Both the position numbers and the translations under genes were made by a program. 64,000 bases of DNA, taken from IMG/VR virus record IMGVR_UViG_3300036790_000265, positions 1 to 64,000 of that record. One strand, written 5' to 3'. This DNA is from a virus (lineage: Duplodnaviria; Heunggongvirae; Uroviricota; Caudoviricetes). The notes under the pieces were generated by a model that did not search any database, was not told where the DNA came from, and saw nothing but the letters and a program-made list of their open reading frames with translations. This document shows positions 61,852 to 64,000 of this stretch, in pieces (position 1 is the first letter of the stretch; each line of letters opens with the position of its first letter).

Positions 61852-63981
61852 TCAGAGTTGGACCCAGGCGATCTGGATCAGGCACCGCTGCCCGACAGCT
61901 GTGCTGGCGCTGCCTGCGCTGTTGCCGTTCCACCACGCGTACGCGGACACGGCGTCCTGCCCGCCGGCGAGCGAGACCTCTGTTGACCCGCTGGCGATAC
62001 CAGGCTGGGTTTGCGGCACCCACGTGTTATCGGCCGTGTAGACCAGCGACCCGTTCAACGCGATCGCCGGCTGGAGCGTCGAAACGGCGTCGGTGGCGTG
62101 GTTCGCCGCGGCGGTGACCGAGATGCGGTAGGTACCGGACATCCCCTGCGGGCACAGCCACGAGCTCGTGGCAGCGTCCCACCCGCCGTAGACGTCTTCG
62201 AAGATGCCGTTGTACGGGATCAGCGTGTTCTCGCCCGCCGGGAACGCGAGCGCGGTGGTGAGTTGCGCCCGGAACACAACCTTCCTGGTCAGGAAGGTGA
62301 GGGGCGCTTGAATCCAGGTGTCGAAATCGGAGTCGGCCGGGTCGTAACCAGGGGGGAAGTACGGGGCCATGACCGGCTGGTTGCCGCCGTCCGGCGGCTG
62401 CGGCGGCGGTGAAGGCGCGCCGTACAGGAATGTCGTCACCGACGCCGACCAGGTGGCGCTTGTGATCATCGCCGAAGCGGTGACTGGTGACACGGCGTCG
62501 GTGATCTCGTCGAACACGGTCAGGTAGTTGCCAGGGTTGATGGTCTCGGCGGTGCCGAACGACACGTCGGCGGGTGCGCCGCCGTTGGAGTTGTTGCCGA
62601 TCACCCCGATGACCCACTCCTGGAGCTGGGCCAGGCCTTGGGTCGGTCCGGAGCTCGGGGACCCGTTCGACGCGTGGGCGACGACTGCCTGATCGGGGGT
62701 CGCCGAGAGGATGTCCGAGCAGCCGCGGGCGATCAGGCCCTTGGAGCCGGTCGAGAGAGCGAACGTGACGGTGATGACGTCCAGACCCGAGATCAACGGC
62801 ACGTCGGTCAGGGACACCCACAGCCAATGGTTTTGCGCGGACCCGCCGCTGTATCCGTTGACCGGGTAGTACTGGTTCCCCTGGCTGTCGAACACCGATA
62901 CGACCGACTGGCCGGCAGCGGCAGCGTTCAGCGCGACGGCCACCAGGTCGCCGCCGCTGGTGCTCCGCGGCGAACCTTCTGCCCCAGTCCCTACAGTGAC
63001 CTGGAAGACCGCCGACCCGGCCGCCTGGGTGCCGTTGCACACGTCGTACGGGGCTGCGGCGGCTGTGCTGGTGAGCGTGTCGTAGAGCTGCTGGAGGTAG
63101 GGGACTTTCCAGTCGCTCGGGGGCGCCCGGTCGTCGTCTGGGGCGTATCCGACGACGCAGGTGTAGGTGTCGTCGCCAAGGTTCGTGTTCCAGAAGATCA
63201 CCGCGTAGTTCGGCAGGCCCGCAGCTTCCCGGCTGGTGAATAGGCCGGTCAGGTAGCTGATGAACGCCGCCCAGTCAGCTTCGGTCAGGGAGACGTGGTT
63301 GTTACCGAACTCGGTGACCCCGAACTTTTTGCCCTCGGTGGTGGCGAGGCTGGCGAGGTCGTCGACGCGGCCACCTGACTGGTAGTCGTGGTCGTAGAAG
63401 TCGCAGCAGATCGCATACCAGGTGTAATCAGCGCCGTTGTACCCGTCGCCCGGGTAGTAGGCGATACAGGAATCCATGTCGGACGCGCCGCCGACATACA
63501 CCAGATTGAGGCCGGCCGCGGTGACCGCGGGGGCGTAAAACGCGACGTAATCCCAGTACGCTTCCGCTGAGGGGAAGAACCCGTCGTTCGGTTCTTGCCA
63601 CAGGCACACGTCCGGGTAGATGCCGTTGGCTTTGAGGGTGGCCAGGCAGGCCGCGAACTCGGCGAACTGGGTGTTGGTGTAGGTGTCGTGGCCGTAGGAG
63701 CCGGTCGGGTCGGGGGTGCCGGAGAACCCCGCCCTGCCTGGTTTCATGCAGGCCAGCGCCCGCCAGCCGGTGCCCGCGCCGGCGAGTTGCGCCATGCCGG
63801 TCGGCACCCCGCCGAATACGCCTTCCTGGAAGAAAAACTTCCCGAACGTCTGCGCCATCGGCCGCAGCGTGCCGTCATCGCTGGACAGGTAGGTGTCGAG
63901 TTGCTGCGCGGTCTGCACCCACTGGGATTCGGTGAGGCCGTAGTCGTTGTAGTTGATCGTCGCGCCGACGACGGTAGCCAT
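61852..63981 (-). CDS. large structural-like protein: N-terminal clan GH-A glycosidase-like domain + C-terminal jelly-roll/fibre-tip-like domain (tail fibre / depolymerase candidate)
   Basis: No signal peptide; LWQEPND and GVTEFG (NEP / TE catalytic-pair pattern); Gly/Ser/Thr-rich C terminus. Confidence 0.45.
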   Translation of the reverse strand: MATVVGATINYNDYGLTESQWVQTAQQLDTYLSSDDGTLRPMAQTFGKFFFQEGVFGGVPTGMAQLAGAGTGWRALACMKPGRAGFSGTPDPTGSYGHDTYTNTQFAEFAACLATLKANGIYPDVCLWQEPNDGFFPSAEAYWDYVAFYAPAVTAAGLNLVYVGGASDMDSCIAYYPGDGYNGADYTWYAICCDFYDHDYQSGGRVDDLASLATTEGKKFGVTEFGNNHVSLTEADWAAFISYLTGLFTSREAAGLPNYAVIFWNTNLGDDTYTCVVGYAPDDDRAPPSDWKVPYLQQLYDTLTSTAAAAPYDVCNGTQAAGSAVFQVTVGTGAEGSPRSTSGGDLVAVALNAAAAGQSVVSVFDSQGNQYYPVNGYSGGSAQNHWLWVSLTDVPLISGLDVITVTFALSTGSKGLIARGCSDILSATPDQAVVAHASNGSPSSGPTQGLAQLQEWVIGVIGNNSNGGAPADVSFGTAETINPGNYLTVFDEITDAVSPVTASAMITSATWSASVTTFLYGAPSPPPQPPDGGNQPVMAPYFPPGYDPADSDFDTWIQAPLTFLTRKVVFRAQLTTALAFPAGENTLIPYNGIFEDVYGGWDAATSSWLCPQGMSGTYRISVTAAANHATDAVSTLQPAIALNGSLVYTADNTWVPQTQPGIASGSTEVSLAGGQDAVSAYAWWNGNSAGSASTAVGQRCLIQIAWVQL

Positions 63982-64000
63982 TACGACGATTCCCAGACGA

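Overview
High-GC (~70%) actinobacterial DNA with Streptomyces/Micromonospora-like codon usage. The window opens inside the 5' end of a host MFS-transporter gene. That reading frame is broken at about nt 120-155 by a large integrated element running on past 64 kb.

Left end: a large serine recombinase (156-1676), an XRE regulator and a tyrosine recombinase (2035-3033).

3.3-42.3 kb: about 80 tightly packed, translationally coupled minus-strand genes with many ATGA/GTGA stop-start overlaps. They encode phage early and DNA-metabolism functions: RecT with a DnaQ-like exonuclease, a UvrD-like helicase, an HNH endonuclease, an intein-containing (probably multispecific) C5 DNA methyltransferase, a TGT/DpdA-like transglycosylase and a HerA/DUF87 ATPase. 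There is also a conspicuous RNA repair/modification set: a Thg1-like 3'-5' polymerase, RtcB ligase, a SpoU/TrmH-type methyltransferase, an ASCH protein and MazG.

40.2-41.3 kb is a divergent HTH immunity switch with inverted-repeat operators. 42.3-45.5 kb carries GntR, XRE-DUF5753 and DUF397-like regulators.

45.5-54.4 kb is a plus-strand conjugation-like module: an excisionase-like HTH, NlpC/P60, a lysozyme-like protein, an FtsK/TraB-like translocase, four tandem paralogous genes and a DUF2637 protein.

54.5-64 kb (minus strand) looks like a lysis/late region (C1-like peptidase, GH25 endolysin, a tail-fibre-like protein with a glycosidase domain) plus cargo (GH12, VIT).

No rRNA, tRNA or CRISPR was recognised. 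Most other ORFs are hypothetical. Internal start coordinates were chosen by frame arithmetic plus RBS inspection and may be off by a codon or two.
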